Assembly (NCBI GenBank): GCA_904063045.1
Contig: CAJFCJ010000002.1
Location: 1,262,422-1,326,421 of the forward strand
DNA: 64,000 nucleotides
Direction: 5' to 3'
Origin: Dimorphilus gyrociliatus
Lineage: Eukaryota > Animalia > Annelida
This document shows, piece after piece, positions 13,001 through 25,721 of this stretch. The translations under genes were made by a program, and so were the position numbers. Position 1 is the stretch's first letter; every line of letters begins with the position of its first letter. The notes beneath the pieces are model-generated. The model ran no database searches and was not told the DNA's origin. It saw only the letters and a program-made list of their open reading frames with translations.

Positions 13001-14040
13001 ATTTTCGCTTTGACGAGGCGATTCAGCGGCCAAGTGTATTTCGTTGTAGCAGTTGGCGAGATTGCGTGAAGATTAAACGATAAGCCATAAAGTGTGCTGG
13101 ACAAGATTTGCTCTCGATTCTTTCCAATGTTTATATTTGACTGTAGTGGTGCAGGTCGCCACTTTCTCTATTTCGCTCTTTTCATTCACCCTCTTCCTTT
13201 CTAGTCCCATCGATTTTACAGTATACGTAAAGAGAATAATTGTTCTCTGGAGTGCGTTGGCGTTGATACTTGCAGAGCTGAGATTCTCGACCGACTACTC
13301 TTAATTAGCCGTCGAGTTTGCCTTCTTCCCACCGCCAGCAAAAACTGCATGCAGCATTGATTGACTCACAGCTGTTGCTGCTGCCAAACTCTGAAAAAAA
13401 AAAGTAGTTCTTGTATATAAATATACCACTATATACAATTTTATAAGAAAATACTGACTTATAATATATAGATATACATCTGTAAGTATGACTTGTGTAA
13501 TATTATATATATATATATATGTATATATATACAGTATATACATTTGTCTATATTTATAAAAAGTCTATATATATATTAGTATATATATATAAGTCAGTAT
13601 GCGTAAAATGCCATATGGGGATATATACTGCACATGTTTCATTTTTAGATAGACGTTTCAACTCTTGGCTGCTAGAGTTTCGATTTAGACATTAATTATT
13701 ACCGGCATTAAAAGCCAATTTAGTCGCCGATGACTATCGGTTGACCTTTTTCAGACCGGTTGTGATATTTGAAGTTTGTTGCTTTGCTTTTTTCGTAGTC
13801 AGAGTCGAAAGCGCTTGGCCAAATTCATCAAGATCTTTGGGCTATATGCGCAGTATATAATACATTATACAATATATACCCTATGGTATATTCATTATTG
13901 TATAAATGTAAACGTCTATATTGACCATTGATCATACTGCTTAGCTTAGCAGACCTAAAACCGAGCTTAACTAATTGAACTAAATTGTAAACACTATTAA
14001 TGTATGTAAATATAAAAATAATAATAAATAAATAGAGAGC

Positions 14041-14082
<42 letters not shown>

Positions 14083-15898
14083 TGGAGGCAAGAGTGCCCG
14101 CACTGCAAAAAGTCGAACGAGTTCAAGTGAATCGACTTTGTATAATATGCATATATACGCGAAACATGTTGCTTTTGTAAATACGTCATCTGGCCGAGAA
14201 ATCGTCGAATATTTGCAGGCGTTCTGAGGTTAACAACTTCGTTTTCTTTCTTGTTTTTAAATTATTGTTTTTGGTTTTCTTTTTTAAAAAATAGGGAAAT
14301 AAAAAAAAAAAGAAAAACCTTTTATAGACTTTACCATATAGAAACGACGTTGTCTTACTCGGATTTCTAGAAAAAAGGAAAAAAAGAAAACCGGATATAT
14401 TCGAAAGGGCCAACGACCCGCATCGAATAGGATTAAACGGTTTTCTTTTAGGTTATAGCTAAGAGAAAGTAGAATCCAATCCAAAGAAATATACTAGAGT
14501 TTGTCTTCCCCCAGTTATATATCTTTCGTTTGATTGGTTTTGTATTTAAAATTAAATAATTAAATGAAAAAAGCGTTAGAAAGAAAAAAGATGAATAAAA
14601 AAAAATAATAAAATAAACAAAATATATCACCTTGTTTAGTTAAACTTGAGTAGAACGCTAAACGACAACGTCGATATGGAAGAATGTTTGACAAAACAAC
14701 TCAAAAACAAAACGCTTCATAAGCCAAATTAAAACGAGCTTAGTAGTTGCCGTTTTTTTTTCAACATGATATTATACTGCACGCAATATATCACTATGCA
14801 GAAGAAAAAAGTATAATAATTGTATATAGAAGATAATAAATGTTCAAACTGAAAACGGTAAAAAAAATTATTAATGGAACGTGAAGGTGAAAAATTAACG
14901 GTTTTATATTTAAATAGAAACATATATATAAACATATATTTATATATATATTTACTAAAAGAATATATATATATATATAAAGAGATGATAATAGTAATGA
15001 TAATAATGATAATAATAATAATAATAATAGATAACAAAATGTTCAAGTTAAAAAAATACAAGACATATAATATCATTTTGGTTGGTCGTGGCAAACAAAA
15101 AAATGAAGAAGAGATTCCCCCCCAAAATAATAACGTAAATAAATATCATGCATATATATTGCAATTGCTAAAGTAATAAAATTATAGTATAGTTGAAAGG
15201 CTTCATTTATTTATATATTTAGAAAGAAAGCATGCTGATAAAAACATTTTTTCCCTTTTTGTCGTTCGGGCGATAATGATTTTGGCTAGAACAAACCTGT
15301 AAATGAGCTGGCGTTAGCTTGCAAGCGGGCGGCACTTTAGGCATGGTGCGAATCGCAGAACGATCCGACGCGGAATGGCGCCGTTCAATAGACCCGCCGT
15401 TCTACTCCGATCGATAGAGTTTGTCTCGATTGTTTGCTATACTCCTTTTTCTCCCTTTCGCCGTGTGAAAGATGAGAAAAGTCAGACCGGTACATACGAT
15501 TGATGACTCTGACGAGAAATTCGAACTAGGCCCGGTTTTTTAGCACTGGCGCCGTTCCTAGAAAAAAAGTAGTTCTTGCGGCTGGCGTTGCAAGAGAGTT
15601 TTGCTTGGCAACCGTTTGACTGCAAATCGCTAACGCCATCTGTTGCAGAACTTTGGGAGGTATTTTGGATGAAAATTCCTACTGCTATACCCTGGAAGTT
15701 TCGTTCTATAGCTACACTCCTGCAAATTCGTCAACCTTACAACCCATTCCTTATACTGAAGACGCCTATCAGAAGCTTGGAAGAAATGTTGTTCGCACTT
15801 TTATTGATTACTACAAGTCAACAGGATACATTCCGACTAAACCTAGTAGTGGTTTGACGCCAAGTGATGAATTAAATTCAAGGTACAGATTGAATTAG
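10024..15898 (+). CDS. AGBL4: Cytosolic carboxypeptidase 6 (tubulin deglutamylase), multi-exon
   Basis: ATG at 10024 (MADKNES). Motifs FESGNLGRV, ARIHPGETP, NPDGVYLGNYRCSL, DLNRHW, IDIHAHS, YTLEVSFY; zinc ligands and catalytic Glu present. Large intron 12430-15648. Confidence 0.95.
12456..12587 (-). CDS. Candidate upstream ELAV coding exon nested antisense in an AGBL4 intron
   Basis: ctacag|132 nt|gtaagt, phase 0-0, no stop: IANSVYGAAAAAVRPIQTLQSTLSSPALQMPTTPVLPSLIYSNV. Phase is compatible with the ELAV acceptor at 8092. Confidence 0.6.
13370..13390 (-). CDS. Candidate 21-nt microexon (SLAAATA)
   Basis: Poly-T tract plus cag|AGTTTGGCAGCAGCAACAGCT|gtgagt, phase 0-0. Confidence 0.45.
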
Positions 15899-16345
15899 AT
15901 ATATAATATGCTCCCATATTGCTTTCTATTGGAAAGAGAAAGTAATCATTCCAATGTGCTTTATTTATTTCTTACAGAAGCTTAACCTCGAAAAATCGTT
16001 AGAAAAACAGAATAAAAAAAACAAAATTAGTCGTGATGTAATCATTGCAATTAATCTCATATTTTCTCTCCCTCTCTCCTCTCTATCTATATCTATCTAT
16101 CTATCTATACGTCAATCTTCTAATCCGTCCAATATTCCGTCCATAAAGAAAATTAAATGCAATACTGTCCTGCATCTTTCACAAATAAACTCAGCTATTA
16201 TTCACTTTTCAGTTAAAAATGTTTTCAATACAAAAGACAAACAATGCAAAATTGATTAGTAATTATGTAAATTACCTATTGTAGGGCTATATTTTGTTTT
16301 CTAAAACTTTTTTCAGATTTAAACAAAATTAAAGAAAAGCATAAT

Positions 16346-16445
16346 CCTCATAGCAGGGAATCGAACACTAGGCCGCCTGGGAACTTTAATTATAACTTTT
16401 GATTTTATAGAAAGCTGCAAAGCTTTATCCCCAGACCATCTGGGA
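16346..16445 (-). pseudogene. Degenerate tRNA-Glu(TTC) with a 27-nt insert at the intron position
   Basis: 5' TCCCAGATGGTCT, anticodon loop CTTTC, AGGCGGCC and GTTCGATTCCC are retained; acceptor and anticodon stems are broken. Confidence 0.75.
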
Positions 16446-16896
16446 TATATATTGCTTTAAAAAGTTAATTAACCCAAATTCATGTTTTAAATTGGCGAAA
16501 TAACAAACTAATAGAAGAAATAATGAACTTTTTCTAGCTGGAAAAAAATTATACTTTCAACTCAACATATCTATTTTAATTCAGCCTTTAAAAAAGGATA
16601 ACACAACGTACTTTCTAGCAAATCTTTAATTTTACGAGTAGATGCTTTTCCAATTCCAATTTAATGCCATTTCTTTGCATCTATTTATTAAACATACACG
16701 CCTACCCTTAGATTCTTAATAGGTATACTAATAAACTATACACAGTATATCTTTCTCTATTATCATAAACGAACTGCTTAAACATAAAAAGAATAAAAAA
16801 ATAGTGGCATGGCCTCGATATTTCCTTAAAGAAAATTATAGATAAATACTCTTTGAACTTTTGTATTTACGTTTCTCCAACGAAAATTAATGAAAA

Positions 16897-16946
16897 CCGC
16901 TAGAGGGCAGTCAATATCACACAATTTACTACACTACAGATGGCAC
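16897..16946 (+). promoter_or_regulatory. Tandem CTCF-like motifs
   Basis: CCGCTAGAGGGCAG (16897-16910) and ACTACAGATGGCAC (16933-16946) match the CTCF core CCASYAGRKGGCR. Confidence 0.55.
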
Positions 16947-17245
16947 TGTAAAATCAATTACAAACCGGAAATTGATTTATCAAAGTACCGAAAATGAACT
17001 TTCACCCAAAAATAAATAAAATAAACAGTAATAAAGAAATAGGTAACTCTCAGACAGAGAAAATCGAATGCGTTAGAATTTAATATGGCCTACTATTCAA
17101 GAAACGCCAATCGTTATTTTTAGCCTATAGGGGCGATTGAAATTAACAATAGCCTAACTCTCATTGATTTTCCTTATGTATAATTAAAGAGGAAAAATAA
17201 TTAAAAAGTATAATTAAAAATGTAATAATTAAGAAAAAAGATAAT

Positions 17246-17317
17246 CTCCCAGACCGGGAATCGAACCCGGGCCGCCCGGGTGAAAGCCGGGAATCCTAAC
17301 CCCTAGACCATCTGGGA
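17246..17317 (-). tRNA. tRNA-Glu(TTC)
   Basis: 72-nt cloverleaf, anticodon arm CCCGG-CTTTCAC-CCGGG, followed by a T-run terminator. Confidence 0.97.
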
Positions 17318-17677
17318 TTGTTGAAATTAGGTATTTATTTCTTATTAATAAGGCGCAATGTATAAGTGTTCTATAGGAAGTGGTGATATTCGATTAAGTA
17401 TGATTTTGAGTGAAAGGAAAGGAAAGAAAGAAAGCTCTTAGGTGTCCAAGGGAGATGTATTATAATAATCAATACGTTATATTTCCTTGTGATTCGTTGT
17501 TTATTGGACTCCATTTATATAATTCACTTTGAATTTATAAAAGGACTATTTTTTAACTGAAAGTTCAACATTAATTTAAATCAACAAGTGTGTATAATTC
17601 AGGTTATATTACTCTCAGAATTAAATAGAATTCTAAATTTTGTATAAGATATACAAATTGCCATATTATTTCAACAA

Positions 17678-17749
17678 TCCCAGATGGTCTAGGGGTTAGG
17701 ATTCCCGGCTTTCACCCGGGCGGCCCGGGTTCGATTCCCGGTCTGGGAG
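17678..17749 (+). tRNA. tRNA-Glu(TTC)
   Basis: Identical 72-nt gene followed by a T-run. Confidence 0.97.
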
Positions 17750-18292
17750 ATTATCTTTTTGTTTATTTTTTTTTATTAAGAGAATTAGAAGAGAAATAGA
17801 AAAGATGATAAAAATTAAATCTTATGCCATTCTTCTTTTAATGTCAAAGACTAATTACTTTATTTCATAGTTAGTTATTGTAATTAAATCAAAGAATGAT
17901 AGAATAACATAAAGAGAAAGATTATGATCGTTTAGAAGAATATATTTCTCTTTAAAGAAGAGAAAATGGGTTATTAGGAAATGTCTATTTAATTAGGAAT
18001 ATACTAAATAAGAATTTATACTAAGCTGTTTAGCGTTACGCTTCGTTTTAAAAAGCTATATACAGTATATATATGTATACTTATATATAATGGGGCGTTT
18101 ATTTTTCCCAGACGGGTCTAGATTTGAAACTTTCTAATTTTCCAACATGATTAAGAGGCTTTAAAGCAAGGATGTTTTTAATATAGAATCTCATTTGGGA
18201 ATCCTTCAAAGAAACCTCATCACAACAATGAGTTTTTGCGGCGATTATTGTTGATTTTTTTAATTAATCCTATTCCTTTCATGTTCTAAGAA

Positions 18293-18381
18293 TCCCAGAT
18301 GGTCTAGGGGTTAGGATTCCCGGCTTTCATATCCTATATTAAGGATCCCGGGCGGCCCGGGTTCGATTCCCGGTCTGGGAG
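18293..18381 (+). tRNA. tRNA-Glu(TTC) with a 17-nt intron (18330-18346) at 37/38
   Basis: Exonic sequence is identical to the other copies; TATCCTATATTAAGGAT is inserted after A37. Confidence 0.9.
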
Positions 18382-18489
18382 TATGTATTTTACAATTACA
18401 TTAAAACATTTCTTTTGATCTTTATTGTTTAGAGAGTATGAGTGAATGACTTATTTTATAAAGAATTCTTTGATTCTTATATGTAAGAA

Positions 18490-18561
18490 TCCCAGATGGT
18501 CTAGGGGTTAGGATTCCCGGCTTTCACCCGGGCGGCCCGGGTTCGATTCCCGGTCTGGGAG
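18490..18561 (+). tRNA. tRNA-Glu(TTC)
   Basis: Identical 72-nt gene followed by a long T-run. Confidence 0.97.
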
Positions 18562-18622
18562 ATATTTTTTTTTTTTTGCACAATTCTTTTCTTCATCTTG
18601 ATAAGACATGTATTATCATCAA

Positions 18623-18660
<38 letters not shown>

Positions 18661-19815
18661 TGTATATTTATGTCAGTAATCTTTAATTTCTTATGCTTAT
18701 CTGTATTAAACCTTGAACTATTTCACGATACTGTTGTATAAGAATAGATTTAAAGATAAATATTTGAATAATTCTAATTAATATGCAGGTAGTTTTGCTT
18801 GTAAATTGGAAAGTTTGCCGTTGGTGCAAACATAATTTATGAAATGTTAAAATTGTTTAGAATATCTATAGAGTATTTCTGTAAAATTTTGACAAAATAA
18901 ATATCAGTAATTAAAGTATGAATAACGGATGAAGCAGACTTAGTTATCAGGGCATTAACCTTGTCTAAAATGATAGACGTGTTAATTTAGAGCTCAAATA
19001 GTTTAGTCCTAGAGTTTAAAAAATGTTCTATTTAATGTACTTTGAAGTTTAAATAAGATTTTCGTATATTTACACTTTTTAATCCAGAGTTTAATTGAAA
19101 AAACTGTCAAATAATTATCATAAATGGCTATTATTATTATTATTATTATTGTTATTGTGATTTATGAATACATTTATAATAGAGTGGTTAGGGTTCAGTA
19201 ATGATTATACCCGAAGGGTTTAAGTACGAAAACATTCTTTTTTTAAAAGCCTTGACAATAATTTTTCGTTTAGGGAGGTTAGACATATAATTGGAAATAT
19301 GCGAAGTATTCAATTTCAAGCAACAACCTACCTAGCATAAATCGAAGGTCATTTGACCGAGCAGTTGATGATATTTTTCAACTGTATGACTCTCCTCCCT
19401 AATTAGGAGGGGAACTTGAGAGAGTTTGTGGTATTATTGTCTGTTTATTAGAAGAAATTTAAGTAGAAAGATCATCGCGAAATGTTAAGAAAATTCTCTT
19501 AATTACGGTATTAAGAAATTCGTACGCCTCCTAAAAGAAACAACTTTTGCTATCGTACATCACGTAATTCGCTTGAAGGGCACGAAACCCTTACTTATTG
19601 TCGTTAATGGTAAGAAATATAAATAAGGGAAACGTCGAATTTCCTCACGAGCCGGGTGAATTCGTTTTCCATTTAGAATATTACTCTTTCTTTTCGTACG
19701 TCACATTTATTACATATTTATTTCGCTAAAGTTTACGATTATACAGATGATCACATAGACCTTTATTTGAAGGCTAAATCTGGGGAATGATCTATAAAAA
19801 TAATAAACAAAAAGA

Positions 19816-20531
19816 CTACAAGCCAGACTGAGGAGCAGACGATCTAATTAGTTGTTGTATTTCTTTAAAGGAAGGATGTTCTTTATCTCCGACCAATTGT
19901 AGCAGAAGCGATTCGGCTGTCGTTACTACAGCTCCAGCTTGTCGAATTCTCTGTAATTAAAAGAAAAATAATGGGATAGAAGGCTGAAAGATGCATTTTA
20001 AGAGGAAGAGATGTCGGTCACATCGTTCTTTTTGCTCAGTGGAGCACGTTAAAATAAGGATTTGCCTACCTCTAACGCGTATTTTCTGTCAACCAAACTT
20101 CGGCTAGAAGTAGCATCGGCTACAACGTAAACTTCGTAGTTTTTTTGGAGCAGATCAATAACTGTTTGTTGTACACAAACATGTGTCTCCACACCAAATA
20201 CAATAACATGTTTCAAAGCTCCATCGCACAAATCTGGTAGTTTATGTTCCACTTCCGGAGTCAGCATACTGAATTTCGTCTTCTGAAATACACCAACAGC
20301 AATATCGGTAGCTTCTTTCAACTCATCTACAGTTTTACCTAAGCCTTTAGGATATTGTTCTGTCACAACTAAAGGTATTTTGAGAATTTTAGCCCCAGCA
20401 ACCAGACGATTTGACACTTCCAGAATATCAGCAAAATGCTTTATGGCAGGTCGAAATCTTTCCTGCATATCGCATAGAAAAAAAGCGCTTTTACCGCTTT
20501 TAACATTTCCCAATACATTTGCCAACGGCAT
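19816..20531 (-). CDS. ISOC1: Isochorismatase domain-containing protein, 2 exons
   Basis: [43 protein letters not shown]. Exons 20531-20070 and 19950-19816. Confidence 0.93.
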
Positions 20532-20843
20532 CCTGTCAGTCGTCTGCTAGGACAGTCAATCGTCGACCGCTAGATGGCAACTCTTGCGAAAATAGTTCAA
20601 TTCTTTTTAAATATTTTAATTTGTATTTAACAGCAATTCGTGCAGGAGTGAATGATAAAATTTGTGAGACATTTTTGTTTGTAAATAAATACGTCTTTGC
20701 TATATGGCACATAGTTTTTATATAATCCTAAAAGAATGTTTTTGTTTGTTTTGTTTGTTTGTTTTGTTTGTGAATAAAACAGAATGGGATGTTACGTAAA
20801 ACGAGAACAGAAAGCTACAGTTTTTTTTGTCCATTAGAATTTT

Positions 20844-23065
20844 CTACTGGTTAGTGATCATTGGAAATTGAGTATCCACATTCGCCATCTGCTGTTGATA
20901 GTGTTGCAGGAGAATTGTTGACGAGGGCATATTACTGGCAAGTAATGCTAGAGGAGTTACTGTTGCTGTGCACATTTTTTCCTTTAACTCTTTATCCATC
21001 AGTAAGCTTTCTTTGACACTTGACAAAGGTGGTGACGATAAGGCGGTTCTTAGCGCACTTTTCTTTCCATTTGATCCATCACCTCGATTAACCGAAAAAG
21101 TATTTCTTCTTTCGCCAACTGATGGTATATCATCCTTCTTCATAGAGAGAAAGGGCATTGAATATCTCCTTTGTGGTTCTGGTGACTTTTCTCTTGGTTT
21201 ATTCATCTTTAGACTATGAGCAGAACTAAGGGCTTCCAAATCATACACCATCGTCATAAGTTTATTAATAAAGTTCTCCGCGTCCATTCTAGATTTCTCT
21301 GCCGCCACGCTAAGTGCTCCAATTATTCTCTCAGATATTTTTTCCACCTGCTTTGTATTTCTAAGTTGACGTCTATTAGGAGAGATGAGCACCCGAGCGC
21401 AAAATAACGCCATTTCGCTATCGCTCAATTTCATGTTGTTTAAATTATTAGCGAAAGTGAAAGTTGAGTCTAGAAGGGAGCTACTATTATTTGGTGAGCG
21501 TTTATAAAGTTGCCCGTTTGTAAAGATCATGGTACTGGTTTTACCGTCGAATAAACATGACATTTGTACAAAAAGGACCTCCACAGTCCCTGCTTTAAGC
21601 AGTGTAACCTTGTCGTCAGGACATAGAAGCTCGAATCCGGGAATACCCTTTGCAAATTCCACTATAGATTGTATTATAGGTGTAAATGTGTCATGTAACT
21701 CTTCCCACTTTTGTAGGCTATCGAATGAGCTTGGATTTGGGTTAAGAGGGCATGCTAAGTAGGGAGGACAATGGGCGTAACTTTGCTCTTTCCAAGCAAG
21801 TTCATGTAGTCTGCGATAATGTTGACTGGTAAAGTGAGAAGATTTCAAATGAGATTCTGTTATTACTGTACCCATGTCTTCAACGTTATCTAAAGCCGAT
21901 ACGATAGCGCTGAAAATTACAATTCTTTATTAATATACTTCCGTAGCATATATGCAAACCATTGAAGAAATTGGTACCTACCTATCCTGAAATGCATTAC
22001 TCATTTTTTGCATTTGTTCCATAATTTTTGCCTTCTCTTTCTTCGGAACTCTTCCAAATCTGACGGCTGCAAAAGTTATTATTTATTTAATATTGTATAT
22101 TAATGAACAATCTGTTTAAATACCGTCTCTGGACATGCCAACGGTAACACACTTTTTCAGTCTACAGTATTGACATCTGTTTCTATTTACTCTTTGAATA
22201 TGGCATTGTTGATTTTTAATGCAGGGTCTGTATTGAATTTTCTGCTGAATAGAGCGTCTGAAGAAGCCCTAAAAGTTTTATCACTTTGAGTTAGAAGTTG
22301 CATACGTTCAATTAATTTGAAAACAAACTTTACATCCTTCACATGCATGAACACCGTAGTGGAAACCACTTGCTTTATCTCCACAAACTCGACACAATAC
22401 TGCTTCACCATCAAATTCTGTCAAAAAAAACAATTCTCTATTTATAAATTTGTCAAACATTTAGTTCATTTTTATTTACAATTCATTCAATTGATAATAC
22501 TTTAAAAAATACTGACTCTGAAATAATCTAATAGCCTGATAAGCATAATGTACCTACATTACTTCTATGAAATATAAGGGATAATCGTGACCAAAATTGA
22601 GAGCAAATAACAAAATTTAATAGAAAAAAAAAATCCATAATGACGTCACACGAAGGTGCTGTCGCCTATATGCATTTCTCCGGAAAGAAAACAAAAGCTA
22701 AGCTATGTAGAGCAAACGAATGCCTTAATTTTGAACCATGTCCGACCTTAATGTGTTCAATGATCTCTATCTATAAATAAAACGCGTCTGATTCGGGCTC
22801 GATTGAACTCGATTTTGGACACAAACAATAACGACCATTGACTCCAGAGAATTACTCATAAGTCCTGGTTCGATCCCTTCGTCTTCTTATTACTAATTAG
22901 CGCCCTGTCGCTTCTGGAATTTCTAAAGAGAGTAATTTATTTCATCACCTATTTACTTCGTTCGACAGAAAACTATGGCGAATCAATAAAAGCGAACTTA
23001 CCCAAACCATCCAGATTGGTCTCGTTACCAACCATTGTTATTCTCTTACAATTTAGTGTTGTCAT
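20844..23065 (-). CDS. E75: Nuclear receptor of the E75/Rev-erb (NR1D) group
   Basis: DBD: [46 protein letters not shown]...[19 protein letters not shown] has LACPLNP and LLKAGTVEV. Predicted first exon 23065-23002 (phase 1), less certain. Confidence 0.93.
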
Positions 23066-24203
23066 CCTTAAGTCAATCGACAGATTTCCAATGATAAAAA
23101 TTTTCTGCAGGTTAGCGTCGTCTGTCGAGAAATGCGGTCGGCTACTCTTCTTTTCAGGTCACCAGGCCGATGTAAATGTGTTCCTGCGCAATAAGTAGGT
23201 CAATTTGAGTTTTCACAGAGATAACCAATATTTTTCAACAAGATATTATCTTATAATGAATTTATTATCTATTCTTCACCAAATTTATTTAAGATAGGGT
23301 TGAGAATGATTATATTTCTACCCTTAATCCACTGATTCCTGTTAGATTTCCTGCCCTCTACCGGCCGGTTTGTTACAACGTTGCTGATTCGCGCCAGACA
23401 TAACCATTCTTCTGGCATGAAATATTTACTTTCAATTAATTTATTCAACTCTTAATATTCGTCTTCGAAGCAAGTATTTAAGTGTATTTTTCAATGCGTT
23501 CTTTTAGGATTAAACAATGCTGTACAAGCTATATTATTTTTCACATACGTATATAATATTTACAAGTTTAAATAAATCATATAAATATATGTATACATAG
23601 TCAGATATACTGCATATATACAGCCATAAGTATTTTTAAATATAGCCATATATTTACATATATATATATTATATATATATATATACTGTATATATTTATA
23701 AAATTTTAATATACATATAATATGGCATACACCACTTTTTATGTATAGCTTAATTTGTGATTTCACACACATATATATATATATACATATGTATATATGC
23801 TCTTTATGAAACAAGTTTAGGATGATGTTGCAAAGCATAATAAGTCGACATCAAAAGTGAGTCGAAACTACAAGAATAAAATTTGTACAAATACAAAACC
23901 CACAAATTAATTCATTCATAATACTGCATTTTTGCAAAACAAACAATATAAACTACAAAAAAACTAAAGAAAACTAAACAAACTAAGGGAAGCAGTAAAG
24001 AGACCCCCCCTTCCATGTTTTCCACAAAGCTACATTCACCGACTTTGCACACAGCATAAGAGTATAAAGTAGGAAAATTAGCCGTGAAAAACAAAAAAAA
24101 AGAAATAATAAATGTTCTTCATTGAACACATTAGAGGCCGAAAATGGCACACCCAGACGTCTAAAAGTGAGCAATAAAAAACTGTCTTATGCATAGGAGC
24201 AGA

Positions 24204-25721
24204 TCAACAACTTTTCCCACTTCGTAATTCACTTAACCTTCGTCTGAGTTTATTATTTTTTTCCTGTTCTTCTTTCATTTGTGCCTCTAAAGTCTCTTGC
24301 TTCTTCGTCAATGACTTACAATATTGAGCAGCAAACTTAAGTATGTTTACCTTCGACATACGTTCTTTACCTGGAGTAGGCACTAAATTTTTCAAATGTT
24401 CAAAAGACATTCTCAAGTCAATGCGTCTTTGCCTTTCCAGAGTGTTATGTTGAGCTCTTTTGCCACGTTCTTCATTTCGATTTGCACGGCGTATTTGTTT
24501 GGCAACCCTATAGAGGTCGTTAGTTGTTAGCTTGCGCCTAGATCGTTTATGGACGGGAGAAGTAGGTGAACTAAATATTTTTCTGCTAGACTGAGCTGGA
24601 CGTGTACTTCTTTCGTAGTCATATTGTAAGGCTGGTGATGGTGGCATTGACATTGCTTTTTTAGGCATTTGTTGCGTATAATTATGCATGGCAGCCACTG
24701 TTGCTGAGAGTGACGCTCCTGAGTTTGAATTCCAATCATCACCTTTTTCAAGCATATCTTCATCAACACCGTCGTTGCAGGTCACACTAACTACATCAAT
24801 TTCGTCGTCATTTTCTTCCTCTGGATCAGTGTCATAACTCTCTTGTATTGAATTTTCTGATTCAGATTCTGAAAAGTAATAAATGCAATGTAGTTTTTAT
24901 TACGCAATAAATCGACCGACCGAGATATACAGTATATAAATAAAATATATATATACATATGGGTTTCACTATAAAATTTCAGACAGGTGTCCCAGACAAA
25001 ATATGTTTAGCGGAGAATAAAGGGCCTTAAACAGGCCTATACTTGATATAATCGCCCAAGTCAAGACTTGTTCGTTGACCTCTATGGGGCAGACGACGCA
25101 CGCGTATACACATATTTTACACAGTTAACAAAACAAGCACATGCTCATCACGTGCTGTTTTATAGTAATATCGCGCGTACTAAGGTCGACACACATCGTA
25201 TCAGACGATTATATCGGTTGCACTTCTGTTATCTATGCCGACAATGAACAGTAGATAGTATTACAGTGGCGCTTACCAGAGGTCATATTCGGCGTTTCAA
25301 CATTCACAAATTTCAGAGTGAATGGTGTTCTTATCTCCGTCTTCGGTTTTTCTTGAATGCAGCACGAGGGAAACACAGCTGTTGGAGCTACACAGTTTTC
25401 TCCACTAAATGAGTAGTCTCTATTGCGTCTTGAACAAGTGCAGTTCGAACATTTAGGAGGCTCCGGAGCATCCTTCATATCTTTTTCCCAAGAAAACATA
25501 CAGTCCTTGATAATATGACCATTCTTAACACAATTTGCACACTTATCATCTTCAATTAGGAAGGTGTGGGTGAATTCTTCACCTTTCGGAGAGAGTGGAG
25601 GAGTTAGAGGTGCAACAGCTTCCATCGTTCTCCATAAATCGTACATATCGTTCGATTGCTCCCCACCATCTTCTCCGCCCAGTATACTGAACTTCCGTTC
25701 TCGGTATTCTTTTCCCAGCAT
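24204..25721 (-). CDS. Myc: Myc proto-oncogene homolog, 2 coding exons (369 aa)
   Basis: MBI LTPPLSP, MBII IIKDCMFS, MBIII-like CVAPTAVFP, acidic EIDVVSV, bHLH-Zip HNTLERQRR...SKVNILKFA. Exons 25721-25277 and 24868-24204. Confidence 0.95.

Noticed and set aside
13705-13842. Minus-strand frame PKDLDEFGQALSTLTTKK recalled a complexin C-terminus
   Set aside because: No complexin central helix exon was found upstream; the similarity is only a few residues.
13828-15176. ORF-track proteins rich in I/Y/F/K (also near 23560, 36108, 37535)
   Set aside because: Translations of (TA)n and poly-A/T low-complexity DNA.
22855-22878. B-box-like GGTTCGATCCC
   Set aside because: No A-box or cloverleaf around it.
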